From: a virus
Taxonomy: Duplodnaviria; Caudoviricetes
IMG/VR virus record: IMGVR_UViG_3300034061_005646
Location: 1,155 to 65,154 of that record
Length of the DNA stretch: 64,000 bases
Reading direction: 5' to 3' (one strand)
In this document: positions 31,949-41,208 of the stretch, piece after piece
How positions within the stretch are numbered: the first letter of the stretch is position 1
Layout of the letters: each line of letters starts with the position of its first letter
Position numbers and translations under genes: made by a program
The notes under the pieces: generated by a model
Seen by the model: only the letters and a program-made list of their open reading frames with translations
Databases searched by the model: none
Told to the model about the DNA's origin: nothing

Positions 31949-31956
31949 CAAATATA
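31949..31956 (-). promoter_or_regulatory. Bacteroidota -7 promoter box
   Basis: TATATTTG between the MCP terminator and ATG 31927; upstream TTTG spacing is only 16 nt. Confidence 0.45.
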
Positions 31957-31972
31957 AGAGAATATATAAAAA

Positions 31973-32000
31973 CAAAAAAGGGAGACAAAATTGCCTCCCT
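31973..32000 (-). terminator. Intrinsic terminator after major capsid gene
   Basis: Minus strand AGGGAGGCAA-TT-TTGTCTCCCT followed by a T run. Confidence 0.75.
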
Positions 32001-32022
32001 TAGTTTTGCACATTTTATGTGA

Positions 32023-33435
32023 TTAGGATTTACGGATCCACTGACCACACGCGTATGGGTTTTTAATAACCACACCCGATTCTGATAGCCATTCAACGTC
32101 AAATCCGTCATTTGAATTTGTAGCCAAAGAGCCCATTTTCAAATTAAAAGGATCTGCCATTCCAGGAATGTATTTCTTAATCAAACCACGGTTTCCTTGA
32201 GCACCTTTACGAACACCAATCATGATATTCGATTCTTTGTCAATTTTACCATAGTTCATAAATACCATGCGGCTTGACTCCAACAAATAACCATTTGAGT
32301 CGCGTTTTGAGTGGATGTTTTCATCATCAAAAATCGCAGCACGAACAATTGATATTGTGTTTGTTCCCACACGATAGCTGGTAAAGTTACCACCCATTTC
32401 GATTGGTTTTCCGTGTACATAAGAGTAACACATGTTTCCGTTATCAACCATAGATGCTTCGAAATACTTATGCCACAAGTTAGCACCACGAGCACCGGTC
32501 ATTACAACCCAATGGTTGTTGTCAAAGTCTGTTGACTTTGTTGCAAGATGCGAAATGTAATCCGCAAGGTTATCGCGGTTGATTTCATCATCATTGTTTA
32601 CTGACCAGTCGTTGATACCTTCGATTTGAGCAAATACTCCGTCACCTGCCCATACAGGTTTGCCTGCATAGTTCACAAATGGTTTTCCGTCAGCAGAAAT
32701 AGTCTTACGACCATACAACCTCCAACGGTCCATATGCTGAAGCATTTGTTTTTCAACTTCGTCCTCAGCTTCGAAATACCACATTGATTGACGGTTTTTC
32801 GTGTTGGTTACCCAAGCTACGTTTTGCAATCCAGAACCAGATACAGTCAAAGAACGTCTGTGGATAGACAAGAAGCTTTTGTATTTATCAGGAAAGCTGA
32901 TAGTACCGAAACCTTCTTTAGATCTTTCCTCGTTCAAGTTTGAGTATACGCTGATTTGCGTTCCAACCGGAATATCCGCATTGGTTACAGTTAGCTGTAA
33001 ACCTGTTGACTCGTCAATGGTAATAATCTCGAATGGGTAAAAATAAGGACCAGAGCCTTGAGCTTCTCCGGTAATGAATGCCATGTAGCCATTTTCAAAC
33101 TTCACAACTTCTTTCTTGTTGAGATAGTTTTCAGCTACCGGCAGTACAAACTTCGAAGTACCAGAACCGCTTTGAATTGCGCCAGCAACAGTCGATGGGC
33201 GTTCGCCACGACCTTTGATGTACCATTCAAGGGTGTTGTTACCCCATTCAGTTTGTTCAGTTTCAAACATTTTAACACGGCCAGTACCTTCTGTGAGGTA
33301 TGTGAAACCGTATTGATCGCGCAAACGAATCATAGCCGCGTAAATTTCGGGCTTTTGTAGCGCATTTTCGGTAAGCGAATTGTCTTTTAGGTTCGCTTTA
33401 CCGTACTTTCCTTTGGATACGTTAAATAGTGCCAT
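32023..33435 (-). CDS. Major capsid protein
   Basis: 470 aa after portal and scaffold; GDGVFAQI, VMTGARG, MGGNFTSY and ES.RMVF motifs of crAss-like MCPs; followed by a terminator. Confidence 0.85.
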   Translation of the reverse strand: MALFNVSKGKYGKANLKDNSLTENALQKPEIYAAMIRLRDQYGFTYLTEGTGRVKMFETEQTEWGNNTLEWYIKGRGERPSTVAGAIQSGSGTSKFVLPVAENYLNKKEVVKFENGYMAFITGEAQGSGPYFYPFEIITIDESTGLQLTVTNADIPVGTQISVYSNLNEERSKEGFGTISFPDKYKSFLSIHRRSLTVSGSGLQNVAWVTNTKNRQSMWYFEAEDEVEKQMLQHMDRWRLYGRKTISADGKPFVNYAGKPVWAGDGVFAQIEGINDWSVNNDDEINRDNLADYISHLATKSTDFDNNHWVVMTGARGANLWHKYFEASMVDNGNMCYSYVHGKPIEMGGNFTSYRVGTNTISIVRAAIFDDENIHSKRDSNGYLLESSRMVFMNYGKIDKESNIMIGVRKGAQGNRGLIKKYIPGMADPFNLKMGSLATNSNDGFDVEWLSESGVVIKNPYACGQWIRKS

Positions 33436-33464
33436 TTTGATTTTTTAGATTAAGAATTGATTTT

Positions 33465-34604
33465 TTACCAATCTTTCGAGCTGATTTGCCCTACTTTTGG
33501 TGCTGGATTTGTTCTTGTTGGTTTCTTAATCTGCTGATTGGCTAACACTGATAAAACTAATCCTTTTCCATCTTCAAAGCCATTGTCTTTTATGATGTTT
33601 AGAATTTTGTCTCTGTTTTTGTAGAAGTACACAAGTTCCGCATGAGTCTTGGGATCTTTGATCGCCTTTTGTAACCCACCCGCTTTTACGTCTTCTAGTA
33701 TGTCCTTTATGTCAGTATTTTGCAATTTGAAATAACCATTAAACACTTTAGGATTTTCCTTTAAGTGAGAAAGCATTGTAGTTAAATTCTGCTTTGCTAT
33801 CTGGTTATGCTTTTCTTTATTTTTAACAAGCTCATTGCGTTTATTTTCAACGTATGTGTTGCTTGCTTGTTCTACGGCTGCTCTTACAGCTTTTGCTTTT
33901 GTTTCGAATTCATCAGCCTCTTTCATTTGCTTGATTTCAAAAGCAGCATCTTCTGGTGTTTTTTTGAATTTCTGAATCAAATACTCTTGATATAAGTCTT
34001 CATCATTCATTCTTAACACAGGCTCAAATGGTGAAGCAAAAGTCTGAAGATAATCGTAAACATTCTTTTCCGGATTTAATGCCTTAAAAATTTTCATCTG
34101 TCTTACATCTTCATCTTCTTCAGAATCAAATGTGCGAAGCCTTTTAATTTCAGATAATACAGTATCTAATTCCGGCTCTTTGCCATCTTCAACCTGAATA
34201 CCTAACTCTTTGGCAAGCAAAGCAGTTGTTACTTTTGGTAATTCTGGTTCTGCATTACCGTCTGAATTAATCAGTTTTTCAAGATCTTCATCAGAAATAT
34301 CTCCTTCGTTTCCTGCAGGTGGTGGATCTCCCGCATTATTTTTTATGATAGGATTTCCTTCAGCGTCAAGCTCTACATCATCATCTCCTTTATTATCTTC
34401 AAATTCAACATCATCATCATCGCCAAATCCGCTTTTACCGGCTGGCGCTTCTAATGGGTTGCCATTCGCGTCTGCACCAAATGGAAATACTCCGGCAAGA
34501 TTGTCTTCTGCAGGGGTATTATCAAAATCAATTGGTTCGTTGTCGGTTTCTGGATTAAAGCCTGAATCTTCAAACTCATCTCCGGGTTGATTTTTTTTTG
34601 TCAT
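33465..34604 (-). CDS. Scaffold-like protein
   Basis: Very acidic disordered N-terminus and helical C-terminus; lies between portal and MCP. Confidence 0.6.
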   Translation of the reverse strand: MTKKNQPGDEFEDSGFNPETDNEPIDFDNTPAEDNLAGVFPFGADANGNPLEAPAGKSGFGDDDDVEFEDNKGDDDVELDAEGNPIIKNNAGDPPPAGNEGDISDEDLEKLINSDGNAEPELPKVTTALLAKELGIQVEDGKEPELDTVLSEIKRLRTFDSEEDEDVRQMKIFKALNPEKNVYDYLQTFASPFEPVLRMNDEDLYQEYLIQKFKKTPEDAAFEIKQMKEADEFETKAKAVRAAVEQASNTYVENKRNELVKNKEKHNQIAKQNLTTMLSHLKENPKVFNGYFKLQNTDIKDILEDVKAGGLQKAIKDPKTHAELVYFYKNRDKILNIIKDNGFEDGKGLVLSVLANQQIKKPTRTNPAPKVGQISSKDW

Positions 34605-34632
34605 TTTGTTTTTTTTGATTGATATTATATTA

Positions 34633-34665
34633 CAAATTTATAATTAAAAATTTGATTACAGCAAA
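34633..34665 (-). promoter_or_regulatory. Bacteroidota housekeeping-sigma promoter for scaffold/MCP operon
   Basis: TTTG-N21-TAAATTTG, a full consensus match. Confidence 0.7.
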
Positions 34666-36875
34666 TTCTCGGTTGATCCTGGCTTTTCTAATTCATTTTC
34701 AACAATAGTACTTTCAAGCCCTTTTCGTGCATAAATATTAGCAATTTCTTTTTGATCTGCACCTTGTTGTTGTTTAATAAGCAAATCAATTTGACCTTTA
34801 AGAGCAAGCAATTCTTTTGGTGCCATGGTCTTCATTTGCTCCATTTGCTGCTGTATTTGCGCTGCTTGCGCTTGCTTCTGCTCAAACTCAACAAAAGCTT
34901 TGTCTATTTTTGCAGAACTCTCATTTAGGTTTGTGGTTAGAATTAAGTCTTTTACCGTTTTAAAAGTAACAACTCCTGATTGAATACCTAATTGAGCAAG
35001 CTGTAAAAGCATTCCTCTTTTCTTTTCTTCTTCAAATCCATCTCTAAAGAAAAAGTCATATTCGCCATAAGGATAATTGCCATCTATTTGAAACACTTTT
35101 ATTCCGATTTCTGGCATCAAAAGCGATAGTTTTCGGTCTTTTCCTTTGTTAATCTCTTTAAGTATGCATGAAGCTGATTTATACACTTTTCTTACTCCTT
35201 CACGATAAAACGTATAAATTGGTTTAGTAATAAAGTTTGCTTGATCAATTGCTTTATCAAGTGTGCCTACATAAGTATCTGAAGGAATGTTTCCTTGTGC
35301 CATAGCATTAATACCTGTAAGTCGGTCAATAAACTGTTCAACATACATTGCTACGTTTAAATAGATTGTTGCAGCATTAGGTCCAAGATTTACCTGATTA
35401 AACATATGTCCTTGACCATTAGAACGTGTTTTGTCTACTTGTATAAGCTTATTGGCTTTCATGTGATAAAACACATCTGTTAAAGGCACATTCTTTGGTT
35501 TATACCTTACATCATATTCAACTACGTTTCCTGGAGATGTTGCCAATTCAAGTTCTAACATTGCCATGCATGCATTAAACAATTCTTGTCCGCTTTCAAT
35601 TAGCTCGCCAAGGCCATTTGGCTTATAGCCATTAATACGATTGAATAAAAACGCTGTAAACGGATTTACTGTGTCTACTAATTCATCATATTTGCGTGGA
35701 GCAAATATTGGCTCACATTTAAGAACAACTCTGTCTCCTACCAATACACCGCGATACCAATCGTACTTTTCTATTTCAATAATTTCTGCACCTTCTTTTT
35801 TTAGTTTCTTAGGGTTTGGCTCTTCGTCATTATTGAGAATTTTATAGATAAATTTACCTTCAAGATACTTATTAGGCACTTTTTTAACGCGTTTGGTAGT
35901 TGATGCTTTCCATATCATGTCAACAACCTCAACTGTATTTGTATAGCCCATAGCAAGCGTGTATGGATCAGAAGATGTTCCGTTCAAAGAGAACAGTTCA
36001 TCTTTGATGTACTGCATGTATTCTTTTTCCGGCTGAAACTCTGTTGTTATTTGAGAAAGCGTCATGTATCGTTTTTCTCCAAAATACATTGCATCATCAC
36101 CATAATCATTTTCACAACCCCAATCAAAAATTACGTTTCTTAAGTTTGGTTTTTTAACTCTGACATCTGTTTCGTTATGCGGATCAATGCGTAAAAATGT
36201 AAAACCGTAAAGAGCTGTGTCGCGCATACCTTTTGACAACTCATTCCCCCATTGCATTTTATTGAAATTGTAAACAATGAGATTGCTCATATTTATTTCA
36301 TGTATTTGCTTAAAAGTCATTGAAGCATACATTTCAATATCTTCAGGAATGGTTTTGTCTGGCTCAAGATCAGCGCCACTCATTTTTTCAAGTTCTTTGA
36401 TAAATGGCATTAACAATTTAAGAAAAAGCTTTTGTGTTTGAGCGTTGATTCTTTCTTCGATTGATTTTTCGTCAATTGCTGACATATGTAAGTCGGCCGG
36501 TGCCGATTCGTATCTACCCAAAATCCATTCGATTTTATTTCTCATGATTGGATAATTTACAAACCTTGTTGGCAATACCTGATCTCCACCATAAAGTTTA
36601 TTCATGTACTCAAGACTTCCTCCGGCCCATGTATTATCGTAATAACTTGTCATTCTATCGACAAATGCTTCATATGGATTTCCTACGTTTGGATTATCTG
36701 TGCCGTCTTTACCAAATGATGCTACATATGAAGAATTGGTTTGTGTTATTGACGTAAGGCAAAAATATGCCCATCGGCCCATTTCCAACGGTGTTTGTAC
36801 TTTTGGAGCTTCATGAATTTTATAATCCCCATACATAGGGATTTCATCGTCTTGGTCTTCTTTGCGTATGTACAT
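34656..36875 (-). CDS. Portal protein
   Basis: 739 aa directly after TerL; NYPIMRNKIE.ILG, Q.LFN and LTGIN...QG motifs; Gln-rich C-terminal coiled coil. Confidence 0.85.
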   Translation of the reverse strand: MYIRKEDQDDEIPMYGDYKIHEAPKVQTPLEMGRWAYFCLTSITQTNSSYVASFGKDGTDNPNVGNPYEAFVDRMTSYYDNTWAGGSLEYMNKLYGGDQVLPTRFVNYPIMRNKIEWILGRYESAPADLHMSAIDEKSIEERINAQTQKLFLKLLMPFIKELEKMSGADLEPDKTIPEDIEMYASMTFKQIHEINMSNLIVYNFNKMQWGNELSKGMRDTALYGFTFLRIDPHNETDVRVKKPNLRNVIFDWGCENDYGDDAMYFGEKRYMTLSQITTEFQPEKEYMQYIKDELFSLNGTSSDPYTLAMGYTNTVEVVDMIWKASTTKRVKKVPNKYLEGKFIYKILNNDEEPNPKKLKKEGAEIIEIEKYDWYRGVLVGDRVVLKCEPIFAPRKYDELVDTVNPFTAFLFNRINGYKPNGLGELIESGQELFNACMAMLELELATSPGNVVEYDVRYKPKNVPLTDVFYHMKANKLIQVDKTRSNGQGHMFNQVNLGPNAATIYLNVAMYVEQFIDRLTGINAMAQGNIPSDTYVGTLDKAIDQANFITKPIYTFYREGVRKVYKSASCILKEINKGKDRKLSLLMPEIGIKVFQIDGNYPYGEYDFFFRDGFEEEKKRGMLLQLAQLGIQSGVVTFKTVKDLILTTNLNESSAKIDKAFVEFEQKQAQAAQIQQQMEQMKTMAPKELLALKGQIDLLIKQQQGADQKEIANIYARKGLESTIVENELEKPGSTENLL

Positions 36876-36880
36876 GTTTT

Positions 36881-36888
36881 CAAATATA
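36881..36888 (-). promoter_or_regulatory. Bacteroidota -7 promoter box
   Basis: TATATTTG followed by AAAAC-ATG of the portal gene. Confidence 0.55.
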
Positions 36889-36896
36889 AATAATTA

Positions 36897-38801
36897 CTAT
36901 CCGACAATTGCAACTATTTGTCCATTAACCTTTTTGTATTTAATCAGACTTGTTCCTGTTGCTTGCTGTTCTTCTTGTTCTTGCATGTGTACTCCATCAA
37001 TAGCGTAATATTCTGCTGCACTCATTAAACACATACCAAAAGCGTATGCGTGGTCAGTATTTTTAGATCCAAAAAATTTCCAATCATTCAATAGTACAGG
37101 ATCTTGTACATCGTCAATTTGTTCGTTGATATATTCTGCCGTATGGCCAACCATAATCTTTTTTACAGGTGGCGACATTCTCCGTCCGTACTTATTTTTT
37201 GCTTTGGTTTCAAATTCATCATATTCTTTTGGTGCTGCTTTTAAATACTTCTCTGCTTTGTGTTGCTCCATAAACGAAAAGAACTCTGCTGCCATGTTTG
37301 CTTCAGCATCGACTTGTGCATCATAAGCCATCAAACTAAAAAATATTTGATAATGCAAGTCTTTTATGTTTATCGGCCTGCCTGATAGTTTAAATATCAT
37401 TTTGTTGTCGCTTGGCGTTTTTGCTGTTTTTAACCTAAAGCCGTATAACACTCCTTCAGAGTCAGAAGTGATTGTATCTTCTTGCCCATACGGATCGAGT
37501 CCAAATATATCCGTACCTAATCTGTTTGGCCGTTTCCACATAACACATGAGCCTTCTTCATCTTCTACAAATTCTACGCATTCCGAGCACCATTCGTATC
37601 CGTTTTGCGCGTACACTTCTTTCCAATTGTGTACTAGTTTAAAGTTTCCTTTTATTGCTCCTTCATAAAGGGGTAAATCGTTTAGCTTGTTGATTTGGTT
37701 GTCTATAAGAACCTGATTAAAGACTCCGGACCCTTTCGTAAGAAAGATATGTTCTTCCTTTGTTGGATTGTTTTGGTAGAACAAATAGAGCTCGCTCTTG
37801 TCCGGTGCTTTTTTCAGTTTTGCTTCTTCTCGTTTCCACCATTCTTTTGCGCCAATCATAACCTCTTCGACAGAAACACCATACATTTCTGCTACTTCTC
37901 TGGCTGCTGCTTTTTCTATTGGATCTTCAATAGATTTGCCATTCTTATCAATATATGGTGGCAATCCTTTAGTAGATGGCACAAACATCCATCGCATATT
38001 AAAGCTTTCGGGATTCATGCTCATATACATAAAGTCTTTAGATCCTTTCTCCACATCTCCACCAGTTCCACCAAATATTCCTGTGCCGATTGTCTTTGCT
38101 CCAAACTTAAAGCAGTCTTTTGTACCTCCATAAGTTGCACGTAGCTTTTCAAACTTACCAACTTCTTCAAAAAGCACATGCTTCATGATAAGTCCTTTAA
38201 AGAGTTCTACGTTTTTACTGAACAGCTCCATACGTAGCACGTTGCCGGTTCCAAACTTTCTAGTTCTTCCCTTTTCGTCTTTTTCTTCCCAACCAAAAGT
38301 CATGGTGCTTTTGTTCATCACTAGTGTTTGCAAAAAGAAAAAGCTATCTGTGTGCTCAATATGACTCCACAACATGCTTCTCATTGAAGATAGTGTTTCA
38401 TCATCACCTACTGCAATGCCATCAATAATAGCATCGTAGAATATCATGTCATAGTAAATAATACCCATCAGCGATAAGAATGAGAATCCTTTACGCCTGG
38501 CTTTTTTCATTCCGGTATTTACCCCTTCATCATCATTGTCTTCGAAAAATCCAAAATATTCATTCTGATAATCGCGAAATTCTGGGTGCACCCAACCCAT
38601 ATCTGTCTGTGCTTTTGTAAAATTTAGCACAAAGTAATACCGACCTTCTATATAAACGCTTGGATTTAGTGGAGAGATATAACCAATTAAACACCTTTCA
38701 ATTTCTTCCTGCCAATATTCAATCCATTCATCGCTCCCTTCTTCTAAGTTTGCAATAAATCCAGATTGTATATTTTCAACGTGCGGGTTATACCATGCCA
38801 T
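36897..38801 (-). CDS. terL: Terminase large subunit
   Basis: Walker A KARRKGFS, Walker B VLFEEVG, GGTGG coupling motif, RNase H-like GLDPY...EAN...NTD. Confidence 0.92.
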   Translation of the reverse strand: MAWYNPHVENIQSGFIANLEEGSDEWIEYWQEEIERCLIGYISPLNPSVYIEGRYYFVLNFTKAQTDMGWVHPEFRDYQNEYFGFFEDNDDEGVNTGMKKARRKGFSFLSLMGIIYYDMIFYDAIIDGIAVGDDETLSSMRSMLWSHIEHTDSFFFLQTLVMNKSTMTFGWEEKDEKGRTRKFGTGNVLRMELFSKNVELFKGLIMKHVLFEEVGKFEKLRATYGGTKDCFKFGAKTIGTGIFGGTGGDVEKGSKDFMYMSMNPESFNMRWMFVPSTKGLPPYIDKNGKSIEDPIEKAAAREVAEMYGVSVEEVMIGAKEWWKREEAKLKKAPDKSELYLFYQNNPTKEEHIFLTKGSGVFNQVLIDNQINKLNDLPLYEGAIKGNFKLVHNWKEVYAQNGYEWCSECVEFVEDEEGSCVMWKRPNRLGTDIFGLDPYGQEDTITSDSEGVLYGFRLKTAKTPSDNKMIFKLSGRPINIKDLHYQIFFSLMAYDAQVDAEANMAAEFFSFMEQHKAEKYLKAAPKEYDEFETKAKNKYGRRMSPPVKKIMVGHTAEYINEQIDDVQDPVLLNDWKFFGSKNTDHAYAFGMCLMSAAEYYAIDGVHMQEQEEQQATGTSLIKYKKVNGQIVAIVG

Positions 38802-38804
38802 AGC

Positions 38805-39446
38805 TTACTTTTTTGTTGATTTTGATATTTTCTCCAACTCTGCAGCTACTTTTTCTTTTGCCATCTTTTTAGCTTCCGCTCGTTTAATCCTCGTCTTATT
38901 CCTAAAGACCTCATCTTCTTTCTGCTTTTCCCTAGCCATTTTGTAAAATTGCTCAATACCTGATAACATCGACTCAGCAATATTTCTTTTTATTGCCCCC
39001 CGATTGCTTATCATTTGTATTACCTCATCAAACTGTGCCTGTATCGTTTTTGATGTCTTAATATAAGAATCAATCTTCCCCGCATTCGTTTCATTAAACG
39101 GCAATTTCTGTATCTGCTCATTTACCTCTCCCAACTTCTTCTCCAACGTCCTCCGCATCTCTATCAACGGATCAGGTGCCAACACCATATACAAATACCG
39201 ACTCTCTATATAATCCTTGCTCTTCAAAAAATCCCCAGCCCTTGCCTTCAAATAAGTCTTTGCCGCTTTCTGCTCCCTATCTACTTCATTCATCCTACTG
39301 ATTGCCGAATACGGGTCCCATGCCAATATAACCGCCTTCATCCCCTCTTCCCCAAACCGCTCCACCAAATTCCTAAATACTTCTATCTCCCTCCATCCAT
39401 TCTCCTCCAAATTCCCTTCCTTATCTATCCCTATCAACAAACTCAT
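38805..39446 (-). CDS. Possible terminase small subunit
   Basis: 213 aa, helical with basic C-terminus, immediately upstream of terL. Function inferred from position. Confidence 0.4.
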   Translation of the reverse strand: MSLLIGIDKEGNLEENGWREIEVFRNLVERFGEEGMKAVILAWDPYSAISRMNEVDREQKAAKTYLKARAGDFLKSKDYIESRYLYMVLAPDPLIEMRRTLEKKLGEVNEQIQKLPFNETNAGKIDSYIKTSKTIQAQFDEVIQMISNRGAIKRNIAESMLSGIEQFYKMAREKQKEDEVFRNKTRIKRAEAKKMAKEKVAAELEKISKSTKK

Positions 39447-39907
39447 TTTACACCTCCTACCTTTACCACAAACAGCGTTTGTATCAATTCCAAAAACCTT
39501 TCCGTAAATACCCCATTCACCTTATATTCCATCAACCCCTTTATCAATATCGAAAAATCAGCTTCCTTACCAGAATCAATATAAACCGGAACTATTGTAT
39601 TGCTTATTCCTATCACCATCAACAAATGCTCCTCCCCCATATTATCCCCATTCATATCAAAATTCCTTAACCCCAAACTCTCTAAACTGCTTATCTGAAA
39701 CAATATCCGTACATATGTCCTATGTGTACTTTCACCAACAATTTCATCTATATCCGCATAGTACTCTACCAACCCATTCGTAAATACCGTTAACCGTTTT
39801 ATACTTGTTTCTTCTTCCCCATAACTTTCCCCCATTTTTACTGCCGGTAATGTAACACTCAACAATACCTTAGTCTGATTTTGATTTGCCCCTTCTGTTG
39901 TTTTCAT
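39443..39907 (-). CDS. Hypothetical protein
   Basis: 154 aa; first gene of the minus-strand module; ATGA overlap with the next gene. Confidence 0.65.
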   Translation of the reverse strand: MKTTEGANQNQTKVLLSVTLPAVKMGESYGEEETSIKRLTVFTNGLVEYYADIDEIVGESTHRTYVRILFQISSLESLGLRNFDMNGDNMGEEHLLMVIGISNTIVPVYIDSGKEADFSILIKGLMEYKVNGVFTERFLELIQTLFVVKVGGVK

Positions 39908-39939
39908 ACCACAAATATGTGACTTTTTTATAAAATACC

Positions 39940-40100
39940 TTCAATGGTGTATGTAAAGGTAGGACACCATTCGATTTGGGCTTCGCTTCACTTCGGGTTC
40001 ACACCCCCCGGGGTTCGGCATCTTTCGAGGCCCCCCCCCTTTCACTTCATCGGGCATCGCGATCATCGGTCGACTCGCGTTCGCTCGCTCATCGTTCGAC
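39940..40100. other. Divergent junction; candidate genome terminus/packaging region
   Basis: Non-coding and GC-rich, about 14 TCG trinucleotides, CCCCCCGGGG and C9 runs, AATGGTGT/ACACCATT inverted repeat; coding strand switches here. Confidence 0.45.
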
Positions 40101-40150
40101 CACATTAATAAACAAACTGTAAGGCTTGCAGACTCAAACCATGTTTAGTT

Positions 40151-40336
40151 ATGAGAACTATTGTATTAGTTGTATGTGCATTGGCATCTATGTTCATGTT
40201 TGTATTGATTCCATTTATGTTTCATGATTGGGATATGACAGGAGAAGATGCTGCATTGTTTTGGTTTATCTCAGCAGCTTGCTTAACAGCATCTACGATA
40301 CTGTTTGCAGTAGATCAAAACAGAAAGCTTAAGTAG
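40151..40336 (+). CDS. Small membrane protein (two hydrophobic segments)
   Basis: 61 aa; first plus-strand gene. Confidence 0.65.
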   Translation: MRTIVLVVCALASMFMFVLIPFMFHDWDMTGEDAALFWFISAACLTASTILFAVDQNRKLK

Positions 40337-40343
40337 CTTGGTA

Positions 40344-40444
40344 TTCCTTTGGGCCAAATGGCTGTAACACTCTTTGCGGAGTGCAGGGGAACGATATGGC
40401 TGTGATTCAGCCCGAGGGAAGGGAGTATCTCAGAAATTAACTCC
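40344..40444 (+). ncRNA. Candidate structured RNA element
   Basis: TTCCTTTGGGC pairs with GCCCGAGGGAA, enclosing a CACTC/GAGTG hairpin; followed by a GGAGT/ACTCC hairpin. Confidence 0.4.
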
Positions 40445-40465
40445 TACAACTTTAGCATTATTCTT

Positions 40466-40576
40466 ATGACAGAAGAACAGTACTACGCAATGGTCTGGGA
40501 AGAACGTTGCGCTTACGAAGCTCAACTCGAAGCTGAAAAACAGCAAAAACTTGAGCTCTTTGGTGAATACGATTAG
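40466..40576 (+). CDS. Small acidic protein (36 aa)
   Basis: Hand translation MTEEQYYAMVWEERCAYEAQLEAEKQQKLELFGEYD; below the ORF-track size cutoff. Confidence 0.55.
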   Translation: MTEEQYYAMVWEERCAYEAQLEAEKQQKLELFGEYD

Positions 40577-40592
40577 TATTTGCCAATGGCAT

Positions 40593-40642
40593 TTCCTGCG
40601 TTGGGTGTGTGTGTTGGCTCGGTTCGACTCCGAGGCAGGGAA
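40593..40642 (+). ncRNA. tRNA-like minihelix (acceptor stem plus T arm only)
   Basis: TTCCTGC ... CTCGG-TTCGACT-CCGAG-GCAGGGA-A with only 18 nt in place of the D and anticodon arms. Confidence 0.55.
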
Positions 40643-40683
40643 CAATGATAGCAATGTCGCTATCAGTTAATAAACAATATATT

Positions 40684-41208
40684 ATGCATCCATTAGAAAA
40701 TTTAAGAGGATTTACAAACAGCCTTGAACAAAGGCTAAAAGAAAAGACAGCCATGCAAGAAAAGATTATGGCTGATGAAACGCCAAAGATTAAAGTCATT
40801 GGCAAAATTGAAATACCACAGTTAAAGCACGACTTGTTTCAACATCGTGAGTTGTGGCCAGCAGAATTGATGGAAGTAATCCAGAAGTATGAGCAACGTG
40901 ATGATATGGATAATTACAGAGTATTACAGCAAATGCTTGAAGATTGTAATGCAGTTGGTTATACGTTCGATTACTATCTTGATGCAGCTCCTTATGGATT
41001 AAGACAGATTAACGTGCCATTGCATGAGATTCATGGATATGAAGCTGTATGTGATGAATGCAAGGCTAACATAAGAACTCCTCATGGAGATACAAGAAAA
41101 GCTCTAACAAGAGAAGTAGATGGTGTAAAGTCTTATAGGCTTGTATGTCCATCATGCATTGATGAACTGTTTAATTTTAATTCTCAACCAAAATCAATTT
41201 TCGAATAA
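40684..41208 (+). CDS. Hypothetical protein with C-terminal CxxC...CxxC zinc ribbon
   Basis: CDEC...CPSC. ATG 40684 is preferred over 40609, which overlaps the tRNA-like element. Confidence 0.65.
   Translation: MHPLENLRGFTNSLEQRLKEKTAMQEKIMADETPKIKVIGKIEIPQLKHDLFQHRELWPAELMEVIQKYEQRDDMDNYRVLQQMLEDCNAVGYTFDYYLDAAPYGLRQINVPLHEIHGYEAVCDECKANIRTPHGDTRKALTREVDGVKSYRLVCPSCIDELFNFNSQPKSIFE

Noticed and set aside
5547-38144. Many plus-strand ORFs of 60-150 aa opposite the virion genes
   Set aside because: They are antisense shadows of long real genes, with Ser/Phe/Leu-rich translations and no motifs.
36897-38801. Intron or intein in terminase, capsid or helicase genes
   Set aside because: Lengths are normal, frames are uninterrupted, and no intein terminal or homing-endonuclease motifs were seen.
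40355-40420. Twister or hammerhead ribozyme
   Set aside because: TAACAC, AGCCC and GAGGG words occur but not in the twister arrangement; no CTGANGA/GAAA core.
40593-40642. Complete tRNA gene
   Set aside because: Only 18 nt separate the acceptor stem and T arm, so no D or anticodon arm can form. Reported as a tRNA-like element instead.
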